Source: Chiloscyllium plagiosum
Taxonomy: Eukaryota
Length of the DNA: 64,000 nucleotides
Direction of reading: 5' to 3'
NCBI RefSeq assembly: GCF_004010195.1
Contig: NC_057734.1
Coordinates: 31,600,466 to 31,664,465, forward strand
The notes beneath the pieces were generated by a model. It was not told the origin of the DNA. It did not search any database and saw nothing but the letters and a program-made list of their open reading frames with translations. The position numbers were made by a program, and so were the translations under genes. Shown here one piece after another: positions 39,239-51,038 of the stretch; position 1 is the first letter of the stretch, and each line of letters opens with the position of its first letter.

Positions 39239-39659
39239 TGGTCCAGGCAGCGGGCCGTGGAGGGGGTCGTTAGGGCCAACTGCCTGCCCCTCTTCTGCGA
39301 TTACGTTAGAGCCCGGGTGTCTTGGGAAAAGGAGCACGCGGTGTCCACCGACACCTTGGAGTTGTTCAGGGAGAGGTGGGCGCCGCAGGGAGTGGAGTGC
39401 ATTATTTCCCTCTCCAACTCTATTTTGATTTAATCCCTGCCCTCCCCCTCACTGTTTGATCACACAGCATTGCCCTTTGATGTGAAGGGCACTGCTTGTC
39501 ACTGGCCACTCGGGTGTTTCCTTTCTTCCTGGTGGTGGAAATTTGAATAAAGATTCGTGCACCTTGTGTCTTTCACTGTGTCTCACACCTGCACACACAC
39601 AGCATGGGTGCTGGGGAAAAAAAAAAGCACTTCCGCAGTTAGGCAGTAGTGTGGGGGTT
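39239..39659 (+). mobile_element. 5'-truncated Tx1-like LINE copy (ORF2 tail 39239-39433)
   Basis: WSRQRAVEGVVRANCLPLFCDYVRARVSWEKEHAVSTDTLELFRERWAPQGVECIISLSNSILI* resembles Tx1-clade ORF2 C-termini. Confidence 0.75.
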
Positions 39660-39728
39660 ATAAAAAAAAAACACAAGTGTCTGGCATCCTGTTCACTCTG
39701 AGAGCTGGCTCTTGTGGGAGCTGAATCA

Positions 39729-39790
39729 GGTGTGTTTGTGTGTGTGTGTGTGTGTATATATACGTGTGTGTGTGTGTGTGTGTGTGTATA
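39729..39790. repeat. (TG)n/(TA)n microsatellite
   Basis: Expanded at the cagtgt motif of an LTR fragment. Confidence 0.95.
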
Positions 39791-40026
39791 CACAAGGACT
39801 CTCCTTAAAAAAAAGAACACGAGTGTCAGACATCCAGCTCGCTCTGAAAACAGGCTCGAGGGGAGCTGGATCAGTGTCAAGGAATCTCCATGTGTAAATA
39901 AAGGGCGACTTGGTGACGGAATGCCAATGTCTATTGAGCTATTTTGTGGCAATGTGAGAAAAGCACGCCCCTGAAGAATTTGCTCACAATAGACATTGTT
40001 GAGTTGAAGATAGCATTTCTAGCATT

Positions 40027-40560
40027 ATGCTGTTTTGTGGGAAGCTTGACAGTTCGAACCTGTCTTTGAAGTATGTGGAAAGAATGCATCTTTTTTCTGG
40101 GCAAATGATATTGGGGCAGATGAAAAGCAATGACTAATTCTCAAGACAGGTTGTGGACCCACAGCTTTTATCGTTATTGGCAACCTAACCTTTCCCCAGG
40201 CACCAGATGCTAAAACCTTCCAATAGTTTATGGATTTATTTAAGGAATATTACAACCCCAAGCCTCCTCAAATTCTGAGATGGTATAGGTTTTACTCAGC
40301 AATTCGAGAACCAGGAGAATCCATATTGGGATTTTTGACTAGGTTAAGATGACCGGCAGAGGCATGTGACTTTAGTTTAACCCTTAATGTGGTGCTGAGA
40401 GACCACATTTGTATGTGGGACTAATGATGTAAACATGTAAAAGTGTTCACGTGCTGAAGCCCTACTAGACTTCAAACAATTGGCTTTATCATTAGAAAAT
40501 GCGGCAAGTGGAATATGAGATGTAAAGGAGATATAGAGTATTCTGATGAAAGTGGACACC
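40027..40560 (+). pseudogene. Gypsy gag remnant
   Basis: YVERM...ANDIGADEK...FKEYYNPKPPQILRWYRFYSAIREPGESILGFLTRLR*PAEACDF...LRD..VCG, with stops and frameshifts. Confidence 0.8.
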
Positions 40561-41189
40561 CTCGTCAGTCTGTCTGAGCTTGTAGAATACCACTTAACTG
40601 AAGGCAATAGCAATAGCCTCACTCAGGACATCTCCTGTACAGAGGGACCCTTGGTCAGCCCACAGAAAAACCCCAAAACAAGCCAAGCCTAGGTCGAACG
40701 GTTAAAATTTTCTTCAGGATCCTTTCTGGCAAATCATTGTAGCTGCTTCTAGTATGTGGACTTCAGACAGCAAAAAAAGTCCCACTAGACCTAAATTGAG
40801 TGAGAGAACACATAAGTGTACTAGCAATTGGTTAGATTAAGATTCCTAGAAGTATTCTCACATACCAATATACAAGAGTGCCATTTGCTCAGATGGCAGT
40901 TAAAAGTCAACCAAATTGCTCTTCATCTGGAGTCACATTTTGGCCAGACCAGATAAAGATGGCAGATTTCCTTCCCTACAGGATATTAGTGAATCAGATG
41001 GTCTTTGTCCAACAATAGACTATGGATTCACAGTCATTACTTACATTGCTAATTCCAGATTTTTTTTATTGAATTCAAATTTAATTACCTGCCATGGCAG
41101 GATTCAAACCCAGGTCCCCAAAACATTAGCTGGGTCTCTGCATTAACAATCCAGTGACAATACCACTAGGCTATTGCCTCCCCTTCTTT

Positions 41190-41950
41190 TCTGCTCTTTG
41201 TTTCTCTTTCCTCATAAAACAATTTGTTCATTCCGGGTATTAGTCTAGTAAACCTTTATTGAATTCTCCCAACACATTAACATCCTACATTAATATACAA
41301 TGCCTTTAAATTGTAGAGTTGAGGCCCCAACACTGAGCCCTTTTGGCACAACACTCATGACATCCTGCCAGCCTGAAAAAGACCAATTCATTCCTACTCT
41401 GTGCTTTCTGATAGCCAGCCAATCTTCTATCCATGTCGAGAGTGTGGTGCTGGAAAAGCACAGCTGGTCAGGCAGCATCCAAGAAGCAGGAGAATCGATG
41501 TTTCAGGCATAAGCCTTTCATCAGGAAAGGGCTTCTATCCATGCCATATGTTGCCCTCTACAACATGAGCCTTTATTTCCCCAATATTGTTTGATGTGGC
41601 ACCTTACCAAATGCCTTCAGGAAATTGAAAAGTAATACATCCACTGATTCCCATTTATCTACAGCACAGCATACTTTTTTAAAGAACTCCAACAATTTAC
41701 ATGATTTTCCTTTGACAAACCCATGTTGGCTCTGCCTAACTACCTTGAAAATATTCAAATGTCTGTTATAATGCCTTCAGTAACATCTTCCAATATTTTT
41801 CTTATGACAGATGTTAAGCTAACTGTCCTGCAGTTTCTTGTATTCTATTCCCCTTCCTTTTTGAATAAAGCAGTTACATTAGCTATTTTCACATCTAAAG
41901 GAACATTCCTCAAATAAGTTTTGAAAACTAAACGTATCAACTCTCTCATT
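41190..41950 (-). mobile_element. CR1 RT fragment
   Basis: SQHGFVKGKSC...KAFGKVPH; WIEDWLAIRKHRVG. Confidence 0.8.
41436..41531 (-). mobile_element. Penelope pLTR mini-insert with 12-bp TSD and hammerhead variant (41497-41524)
   Basis: TSD cttctatccatg at 41424 and 41532; minus strand reads CUGAUGA-A-AGGC(UUAU)GCCU-GAAA-CAUC. Confidence 0.8.
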
Positions 41951-42324
41951 GGCTACTCCTTTGGTTTGCATGGAATCTTTTCTTCCCAAGTCAGATCTCT
42001 CAATCAGGCATTAACTGCCTTTGAGGGATAACCCCATGAGATACAAACAACATGGTTGTTTTTAGGCTTCCTGTTTGGAGGGCCCCCGATTGGTAGTTTG
42101 GTGGGAATGTCCTACCAGACATAATTGGAACTGATGTATGAGTCTTGCCCCCAAGTAAATGACCTGACTCCTATCTCCAAACATTCCTCATGGACAGCAT
42201 TAAATTCTGCTTGTCAATTATGTTTTTCTCTCTGGTAGTATTTTCTGCCAGAGTCAGGCAGGAGGGTGGCAGGTGAGGGATTCTGAATTCATCTCAATTA
42301 GCTCTGTGGCATGAATGCCTGTAG

Positions 42325-42511
42325 GAGGAAGTGAGGACTGCAGATGCTGGAGATCAGAGCTGAAAATGTGTTGCTGGAAAAGCGCAGCAGGTCAGGTAGC
42401 ATCCACGGAACAGGAGAATCGAGGTCTGGGGAGTTGTCTACAGGCATTCATATAAAATCGACGTTTCGGGCATTCCTGAAGAAGGGCTTATGCCCGAAAC
42501 GTCGATTCTCT
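42325..42511. mobile_element. Penelope pLTR insert with 14-bp TSD, inverted flank copy and hammerhead motif (42476-42503, +)
   Basis: TSD atgaatgcctgtag at 42311 and 42512; near-identical to the pLTR at 480-614. Confidence 0.8.
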
Positions 42512-44235
42512 ATGAATGCCTGTAGACAACCCCCCAGACCTTCCTCCCTCAAAAGGAGCTCCTTAAGTTGCCAATTAATGCTCCCTTAAGAATTCCATCC
42601 TGTTGTGGCTGGTATTAATCTAGTTTTCAGGGCTGTTTGCACACTCCCAGATGGTTGAGAAGAGTTCCTTCGTTAAGGATACTCAATGACTGATCAGGAG
42701 ATCCGACACAAAGAAGGGGAACGTGCTAAGGCCATGTGTGAGTCCCGACTCTCCACAACACCCCCCCCCCCCCCCCCCCCGCCTTGACCAGCTCCCAATG
42801 ATTCCAGTCATAATCTTGGGTCTCAGATGGGTAAAGATTTGGAAGCAGTTCCCATTGGGTAGGACCTCCAACCTCAGGAATCTGGTCTGTCAAATGCTTG
42901 AGTACCACATGATGCACTGTGCCAACATAGAAAGAGGTTACATTTGGATCTCTTCAAATCAAGCCAAAGGCTGACACCACTCTGCCATCATAAGACTTTG
43001 GCTGCAGATAGTTCCAGCATTTTGTTTTTTTTTAAATTGAAACAAAGAAATGTGCATCCTTTTTAAAGGCCCAGATTTCTTGGTCAGTGGCAAAGTGATA
43101 GTGTTCACTGTTGATTTCAAAGAGGGCTGTTCAGATTGACCTAGCAGTCGGAGTAGCATGGATCACTATCTCCTCAACATCAGTTTGAAACTGGCACCAA
43201 GTCAAGAAATTCTGTAGAAGTTTAGCAACAGTAGCAGGATGAGTAAAAACCTGGAAGTAAAATGCAACTGATTATCCTTAAGTTTTTAAATATTATTTTA
43301 AGATGGTTAGCATATCCATGGGGTAATACAGGAACTGAAATATCATAAACATATTTTATCTTAAAGAAATAAGACGTGTATACTTCCTTTTTCTTCAAAT
43401 CATAAATGGAGAAATTTGATATTCTACATACATAAAATTAGATTTCAAGATCAGAGATTTTCAATGGTAAGCATGAATACACCATCAAAAACTGAATTAC
43501 ACTTGAATCAACAACATGTAACTTTGAAGGATTTGTTATGGCAAGACGCATTGTGTAAAAAAGGAAACTACTTATAGTTCACTGGTTTCTACTGGAGTGT
43601 GATGGGCGGGGTGAGGTAGAGCGAGTGGCAGAGGGTGTGCTTCAATATTTCTATGCCTGACTGCACATGGCAGACTCTAAACATCACTGACTCTTATACC
43701 AATTTTATGACTGAAAAGTCCAACCCCATGTGTTGGCCAAAGTTAATAGTGGTCAGGGGGTTTTCAATATTGATTTAATATTCATAAAATTATTTGTTTA
43801 ATAGTTTGTAGATTCATGTTGTGATTATACAACTACCAGATTACACAGCTGGAAAACAAGTACATTTTTGCCACCAACAATTAGATTTTGATCAGTGGTA
43901 AGACTATTCATGTAAGCAAATAAAATGGGATTTGTTCGTGTGAACAGCTTTAAAGCAGAAATTTTCTTAATAACTGTACGGCTGTTATACAAATGTGATA
44001 TGAAATGATTACAAAATGTTAAGGCCATGCATTTAAGTGGGGTCAAATATTTTTCTACATACTACGCAAGACCGATTGCACTCATAGCCTTAGAGGGAAC
44101 ATCACTAAACCAAAACTTTATCACAGCAAAGATTTTTTACAACCCAAGTTAATGAGTTGGCTCTTTTCAGCATATTAGAATTTGTAGCACATTTAAGTAA
44201 GAAAATTTGATTAGGAAATCATCTACTGTACTCAC

Positions 44236-44280
44236 ACATGGCATACTGGAATGCTTTGGACTTCACAAGGATATTAATTC
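44236..44280 (-). CDS. TPCN1: TPC1 exon 13
   Basis: (G)INILVKSKAFQYAM. Confidence 0.95.
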
Positions 44281-45048
44281 CTACAAAAGTAGAAAATAAT
44301 TAGAAGATTTATAACTCAGTAAATTACAAACACTTGCTCAGCATTTCAAAGTTTCAATTTATGAAAACAACATCTTTTCTTTGGTCTGAAATTTGAGTGT
44401 TTACAAAAATTTCATTATATTAGAAATTATAACCCTACAAATGCACTGTTGGATAATAAGGACAGAAGATGCATAAGAATACCATCTACTCCAAATCCCA
44501 TTAATATTGCAAACTATCCTGATTTGGATATGCACCACATTCCTTCATCATTGCTAGATTATAATCCTGTAACTTCTTTCCTGTCAACATTGAGACCAAT
44601 TTTGTCATAGACTGAAGCAGATCAAGTTGAAAGCCCATCACTGGTTCTCAGGGTAACAAAGGATGGGTGATAATTGCTACTCTTGCCAGAGTGTATATCC
44701 AGAAGATGAATTTGTATAAAAATGTAAAACAAAACAAATTTTGTTTTCATTCTTGGGGCTCATCTAATGTCATTAGCCATAAAACTAAACTTATCAGCGA
44801 TTACCCAAGCTCTGAGATCAAACTAAGCTTAATAACTAATTTTGATTTACTACACATACAATTTATATAGATTCATCCAATAAAAGCAATCAAAAGAGTT
44901 AATTAAAGTTTAATTGGCAAGTTTAATTAACCAGATTAATTGTAAGTCCTCAAAGACTAATATAATAAATGTAATGAAATTAAAATAGATTTATGCATTA
45001 ATCTGCAAGAGCCTGGTTGTTTCAATAGGTAATCCACAGTAATACTAC

Positions 45049-45112
45049 CTTTAAATATAAGAAATGGAGTATGTGGAAGATCATAAAACCAATAGTCTCC
45101 ACTTCTTTTTGC
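45049..45112 (-). CDS. TPCN1: TPC1 exon 12
   Basis: AKRSGDYWFYDLPHTPFLIFK. Confidence 0.92.
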
Positions 45113-45329
45113 CTAGAGGAGAAAAACACACCACTTAAATGTAATTAATTGTATTAGATGTCGTTTCTACTTTATTCAAAATAAATGCTAACATGTTAAG
45201 TAAAGGAATCAATTCAATGAATAACCAACAAGATAAGTTCACTATGGGGAGTTGCACATAAAAACATGCACAGTTCGAAGAACTTGTGTTGTAGTTTCAT
45301 CTCTGACTTGCATTCCTTTTCAACTACAG

Positions 45330-45615
45330 AGGACACAGTTTAAAAATATGGGATAGGTCATTTAGAACAGAGTTGAGAAGAAACTTCTTCACCCAGAGAA
45401 TGGGTATATGGAATGCTCTGCCACAGAAGGCTGTGGAAGCCAAGTCTCTGGATACTTTCAAGAAAGAGTTGGATAGAGCTGTTAAAGATAGGGGAATCAA
45501 GGGTTATAGGGATAAGGCAGGAACAGGATACTGATTGAGGATGATCAGCCATGATCATAATGGATGGTGGTGCTGGTTCGAAGGGCAAAATGGCCTACTC
45601 CTTCACCTATTGTCT
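45330..45615 (+). mobile_element. CR1 3' end fragment
   Basis: gagaagaaacttcttcacccagag...ggcctactccttcacctattgtctat tail. Confidence 0.8.
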
Positions 45616-46035
45616 ATACAGCATTGGGCAATTTACTGTATTAAGAAAATCCATAGAATTAAATTATCTTAAATTTTTTTCTGGTTCACTTATGCAAGGC
45701 TTTTTATGCTTTACCTTTCTTCCAAATTAGGTAGTGATTAAATGTCACAGATCTTTGCCATAATCTTCTTTATGTCTTGAATATATTTTACTTTTGAATT
45801 GACCCACAATCCATTTTGGGAAAACATTGAGATAGCAGCTCACTACAAGTTCTGTACCATTTATTTTATCCTAGATTTATATACCAAATTTGAGCTTTGA
45901 ATATGTAGATACGCAGCATAGATTATTGTATAAAGTAGGTAGACTACACTATCCAATGCTTAGCATTTACCAAAACCTGGTTAGCATTCAGTTTACAGAA
46001 ACAGAAAACAAATGTAAAACTTCCACATTACTTAC

Positions 46036-46084
46036 TTTCCATTTTAATCCAGCAACTTCATAGAAGTTGTAAAAATCTTCTATT
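46036..46084 (-). CDS. TPCN1: TPC1 exon 11
   Basis: IEDFYNFYEVAGLKWK. Confidence 0.94.
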
Positions 46085-46245
46085 CTGTGGGACAGATATT
46101 CATTTTAAGTACATAACATTATTGACACATACATAACCCTAGCAGTCATAGTGCATGCAAAAGATAATCTGGAAAGAATTAATTGTAAATGAAAGTATTT
46201 TTTAAAACAACTGATAACTAGGATGAAACATCTCAATATCCTTAC

Positions 46246-46370
46246 CCAAGAAACTCTGCATCGCCTTTCTTCAGTGCTTTGAAGACAAGATATTTGTTTC
46301 TTGCATTCATTCTTGGAGAGTAGAACCTCATTAAGCCCTCAAACTGTTTGAAGGAAACCCCATTAGGCCT
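46246..46370 (-). CDS. TPCN1: TPC1 exon 10 (EF-hand-like linker)
   Basis: RPNGVSFKQFEGLMRFYSPRMNARNKYLVFKALKKGDAEFL(G). Confidence 0.95.
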
Positions 46371-47687
46371 CTGCAATAAACCACAAAGATACCAATTAGA
46401 CAGTTAAGCAATCTGTGAAATATTGATTGCTTGTGGAAATTTCTCTGCAAGAACTTGAGTCTCACTGATCATGAGAGTGCCATGTTAAAGACTGATCTAT
46501 ATGCTGAATGAGTTCTCAGTGTGGGCAGCAATGGGCACTTACAAATGGCTTCAGTTTCTTTAAATTATTATGAAAAGGTAAGTAGCTCCTGATTGGAATC
46601 CATAAATTCTGATTTTAAATATAATTTTTAAGGGAGTAAGCAAGATTTGGTCAAGGCTTGCCTAAAATGAAGCTGTAACCCAGGAAGAATTTCATATCCT
46701 GAGGACAGTGTAAAACTGATTACTCCAAACAAAATATACACTTAAAATACACACAGAGAAAATCTTACTAGAACCTTTTGTTTCTAACCAATGAAATGCA
46801 TTTTTCTTAAAATTTTGTCAAGCTGAAAACCAATAGATCACAAGGACTTGCACTAACCTTTTGTTAACTCTATTCTCTGTGTTTAGCCTGTGACATGGCG
46901 CATATGCTAGTATGGATTAATGTCTCAGAAAGCAGACTGTGAATGTTGGGAGTATTTTTTCTGGAGAAGACTGGGCAGAGATTTGATAGAGGTTTTCGGT
47001 GTCATGAAGGGTCTGGACAGAGTAGATGGAGGAAATTGTTCCAACTGTGAAATGATTGAGAACAAGAAGACACAGATTTAAAGTAGATGGCAAATATAAT
47101 GTGAGATGAAGCACTTTCATGCAGTGAGTAGTTACGGTCTGGAATGCACAGCTTGAGAGTGTAAGAGAAGGAGATTCAATTGTATTTGAAAGATGATTAG
47201 ACTGTTATTTGAAAATGGACTGGGGAGAAGGCAGGAGAATGGTATGAAGCAAAATGCTCATTTGGACAGTTTCTACAGACACGGTGGCCTTTGTCTTTGC
47301 TGTAATAATTCTGTATTTGGTGATCAGTTAATCAATCTAAATAAATGCAATGGCTCTTATGGTGCAGTGGTAGTGTTCCCACTTCTGAACTCCCCAGGTA
47401 GGCCTGAGTTCAAATCCTCCCTGCTCTGGTGTTGTGCATTAGCTCCTCTAAACAATCTGATTTTAAAAATAACCTCCATATTACAATGATTCCCATAGGA
47501 CACAATCTTAATTGCTTAAATCAGAATCCTATCACTTCCATAGAAAATTTAATGACTAATCCTTAATTTTTAGCAGAATAAAGTATACAACAAATCTCAA
47601 ACTACAGATTATCATTAAATCACAATTTTTATAACCTAAAACTCCACTACTTAACAAAGCCTATAGAAGCTTTTGCATAGTACTCAC

Positions 47688-47804
47688 CCTTTTACTGACC
47701 AGAAGGCGGAAGGCATGTTCTATTGCTAATCGTTTGTGCAAAAGGAGTGATTTAAACTTCTTCTTTTCAACATCATTAAATGTATCAAATACCACAGCAA
47801 GAAG
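47688..47804 (-). CDS. TPCN1: TPC1 exon 9 (IS6 end)
   Basis: [39 protein letters not shown]. Confidence 0.96.
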
Positions 47805-47946
47805 CTGGAAAATTGTGAACAAAATACTAGTTAAAAATTCTCAATGAGGCAAACATGTAAATTAAGTTCACAATGTATTAAATTATAAAATTTATAATGG
47901 GTAAATATTGTTCTCAGTTTTTGATTAACGTTATTCAAAAACTTAC

Positions 47947-48046
47947 CAGATTCATGATGAAGTAGAGCTCAATGGATAAATACACAATGAAGAATACACA
48001 AGACCAACGATTTTTGGAGTAAGCTGGCATCATCACATCTGGAAAA
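47947..48046 (-). CDS. TPCN1: TPC1 exon 8
   Basis: (N)[33 protein letters not shown]. Confidence 0.96.
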
Positions 48047-48449
48047 CTACAGAATTATCTATTTTAAGAAAAGAAAAATGGAAATCCCTATTTCAATTTG
48101 ACCCCTACCCCTATCCTCATCACAGTTTGCTCTTTTTCTCTTCCCTCATTTGCAATCAGTGGCTCATGTTAGAGTTCAATTCCAAGGGAACAAACAGTCA
48201 GCCCTCAGGGATACTAAGAACCCATTTTGATGTGTGATCTGGACTGCTGGACTACTATTTCACTGTAGAGTGCATCACAACCATGTCTGATTCCTCTGAT
48301 TAAATAATTTCCATTAAAAAATTCCAAGTTATAAAAGAGCAGAACTCTAGCGTTTTCTTTCTCAATCTAACTGCAGCACTCCCAGCAACTTGCAAATGGA
48401 GGTTAGCTTAATCAGCAGAAATCAGTGATCAAACCTGAGGCCTTTCCAT

Positions 48450-48582
48450 AGAACTGTTCTGAAGAAGGGTGACTGGACTTGAAACGTTAACTCTCCACAG
48501 ATGCTGCAAGACCTGCTGAGTTTCTTCAGCAATTTCTGCTTTTGTTTCAAAATTTCCAGTATTCGCAGTTCTTTGTTTTTTT
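48450..48582 (+). mobile_element. Penelope pLTR fragment (second family) with hammerhead motif 48456-48491
   Basis: GUU-CUGAAGA-A-GGGU(GACUGG)ACUU-GAAA-CGUU-AAC. Confidence 0.65.
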
Positions 48583-49054
48583 ATAGTGAGGCCTGTCTAG
48601 TTTAGCTTGTTTTTGCAAGGCTATGCATTTAGCCAATGAACTGAATAAGCATAGCAATTTTCTTAAACCAAACATGGATTATAGAAATGTTTGGAAACCT
48701 GTTCATACGATTTCTTTCTTTTTATATGAAATGCTGATATGTCACTTTGACAGTACCGATTCACCAGTTTATAAATCACATCCTACTTTGCCTCCTTCCT
48801 TGCCAAACCCAATGGTAAAGGCTATTGGTATCTCAGCATACTATGTTATTGTATTAAATATCAGAATGCTGTAATGATATATGTCATTTTCCCACATGCA
48901 ACATAAACACATGTTATTCTATCAATTACTGACAATTAAGCAAAAAAAACCAATTTCATTTTTTTTAAGAGGCTCTTTCCCTGAAAGTTACCATTGCTTT
49001 AAAGGGAAGGAGTGTTCTGTTGCATCTTTGAACTAGAGTGTTGTGCATACTTAC

Positions 49055-49113
49055 TTAGCTGTAGTTAGGAGAACAAACAAACTGACAAGACTGTCTTCTG
49101 GAGTGCTAAAATA
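49055..49113 (-). CDS. TPCN1: TPC1 exon 7 (pore filter I)
   Basis: YFSTPEDSLVSLFVLLTTA(N). Confidence 0.96.
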
Positions 49114-49289
49114 CTGCAAATAGAAAATAAAATCATTGTCAAAAAACCAACCTTGTAATCACTTACCATGAAATTTTAAAATATTATGTTATGCATTATA
49201 TTTTTCTTACAATTTATGCATTTTATGAAATTGATAAATTAACAAGAATTTACAGTTAAGGGTGATAGTACTTTGAGATTTTTCAGCTA

Positions 49290-50420
49290 ATCATAAGAAT
49301 CAAAGCAGTAGGAGCAGGAGTTGCCATTCAGGCCTTCGAGCCCACTCCGCCATTCAATGAGATCACGGTTGATCTTCTACTCTACACCATTTTTCTGCAC
49401 TGTTCCCATTTCCCACAATGTTCTAGAAGTCTATCCATTTCAGTACTGAACAAACTCAACATTTGAGTCTCCACAGTGTTTTACAGCAAAGAATTCCTAA
49501 GATTCACCACTGTCTGAGTGAAGAAATTCCTCATCATCTCACATCTAAATGCCTTTCCACTTAATCAAAGACTGTGCTACCTGGTTCTAGACCTTGCAGT
49601 CATAGGAAATAACCTTCCTTCAAGCTCAATAAGAATTTTATATGTGTGAAATTGCCTCATATTCTTCTAAATAATAAAAGTAAAATCTATTTAATATTTT
49701 TTTCATAAGTCAATCTCTCTATCTCCGTAATTAGCTAGGTGGATGTTTGTTGTATTCCAATTGTGGCATGTAAATTTTCCCACGGGTAAGGAGACTAAAA
49801 TTGCACATAATACTCCACCAAGACTCTACATAATTTCAGTAAAACATCTTTACCCCATGCTCCAAATTACTTTGTAATGAAGGCTAATATACCACTTACC
49901 TTCTTGCTTAATTATAATTAGAATCCCTACAGTATGGAAACAGTCTCTTCGGCCCAACAAGTCCATACCGACCCTCCAACGAGTAACCCATTCCCCTACA
50001 CTATTATCCTATATGTACTCCTGACTAATGCACCTAACCTACACATCCCTGAACACTGTGGGCAATTTAGCATGGCAAATTCACCTAACCTGCACATCTT
50101 TGGATTGTGGGTGGAAACCGGAGCACTCAGAAGAAACCCATGCAGGCATGGGGAGAATCTGCAAACTCCACACAGAGAGTTGTCAGAGGCTGGAATCGAC
50201 CCCGGGTCCCTGGCACTCCGAGGCAGCACTGCTAACCGCTGAGCCACCATGCCACCACGCTTTGCTCACATATTAATTTTCAATGTCTCAATTACAGCAA
50301 CATCCCTTATAAGTTCAACACTTCCCATCCTTTTACCAGTTCAGAAATACATTGTATTATTTTCCTAACAAAATGGAAAACCTCACATTCCTCCACAATT
50401 TATTCCATTTGCTATATTTG
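49290..50420 (-). mobile_element. Old CR1 3' fragment interrupted by a SINE
   Basis: CR1 tail at about 49290-49370 with degenerate RT text upstream. Confidence 0.65.
49912..50258 (-). mobile_element. Near full-length HE1/V-SINE
   Basis: tRNA-like head gtggctcagcggttagcagtgctgcctc...ggtcgattcc, V-domain-like centre and CR1-derived tail. Confidence 0.85.
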
Positions 50421-51003
50421 GCTCACTGGCAGCATCTCCAAATCCTTTTGTGCACCCTTCATACGATAAATTCTGATTGGTTGTTAAAATGATCAAAAAT
50501 TAATTGACTGAATTAGCTGCCTACCTCTGTTACTGCTAGGAATATTCCCGGTGGCAGAAAAAGTTTGGCTTCTCTCTGTGTTTTTCAACATCGTCTTATT
50601 AGCCCTACCACTTGCTAGCCCATCCTCAAAGGGCTGGTAAAATTCCCAGAGACTAGTGGAAATGTGCAGGTATTCTATTTAACATGACATGACAAGTGAT
50701 GTCTCTCATGAAGCAATGGGATCATCTGCACCTGAAGCAATGCAACTTGCAATGGACCAGGTGCTAGAAAGTGGGATTAAAATGGCTAGTTAGTTTAGTT
50801 ACTGCAGACATGATGGGCTGAAGGGCTTCTTTCATCCCATACCATTTTATAGCTCTGAAACATTACTATGCATTAACAAGCAGAAATTTCTACTGGAATA
50901 TTCACTAGATATTCACTTATGTACAATGTACAATTAAACAAAAATAAAGGCATGAAAACATATGACCAAAAAACATGTTTAAATAAAGATTGTGAATACT
51001 TAC

Positions 51004-51038
51004 AGGGTCCAACGGATTGGCAGAAAACAAATAAAATC
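51004..51038 (-). CDS. TPCN1: TPC1 exon 6 (35 nt)
   Basis: (G)FYLFSANPLDP. Confidence 0.94.

Larger units (their letters stand above)
36475..39826 (+). repeat. Tandem array of poly(A)-tailed retro-inserts separated by target duplications AAGAACAGGAGTGT
   Basis: Exact 14-mer at 36475, 36611, 37313, 37451, 37732, 38083 and 38383, plus about 11 degenerate junctions. After the first, each follows an A-rich tail. Confidence 0.9.
36382..39946 (+). mobile_element. Gypsy 5' LTR split by an insertion array (LTR parts 36382-36488 and 39827-39946)
   Basis: Starts TGTAAT, with CCAAT at 36448, AATAAA near 39897, PBS-like TGGC at 39947, then gag. Confidence 0.75.

Noticed and set aside
36475-39826. CRISPR-like repeat-spacer array
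   Set aside because: Vertebrate intron with no cas genes. The repeat is only 14 nt, and the spacers vary from about 10 to 420 nt, are mutually homologous and are poly(A)-tailed, which fits target-site duplications.
39449-39952. 167-aa minus-strand ORF with an HT repeat
   Set aside because: Antisense read-through of LTR, microsatellite and LINE UTR; not a plausible protein.
50185-50258. tRNA gene
   Set aside because: tRNA-derived SINE head continuous with the SINE body; no convincing cloverleaf.
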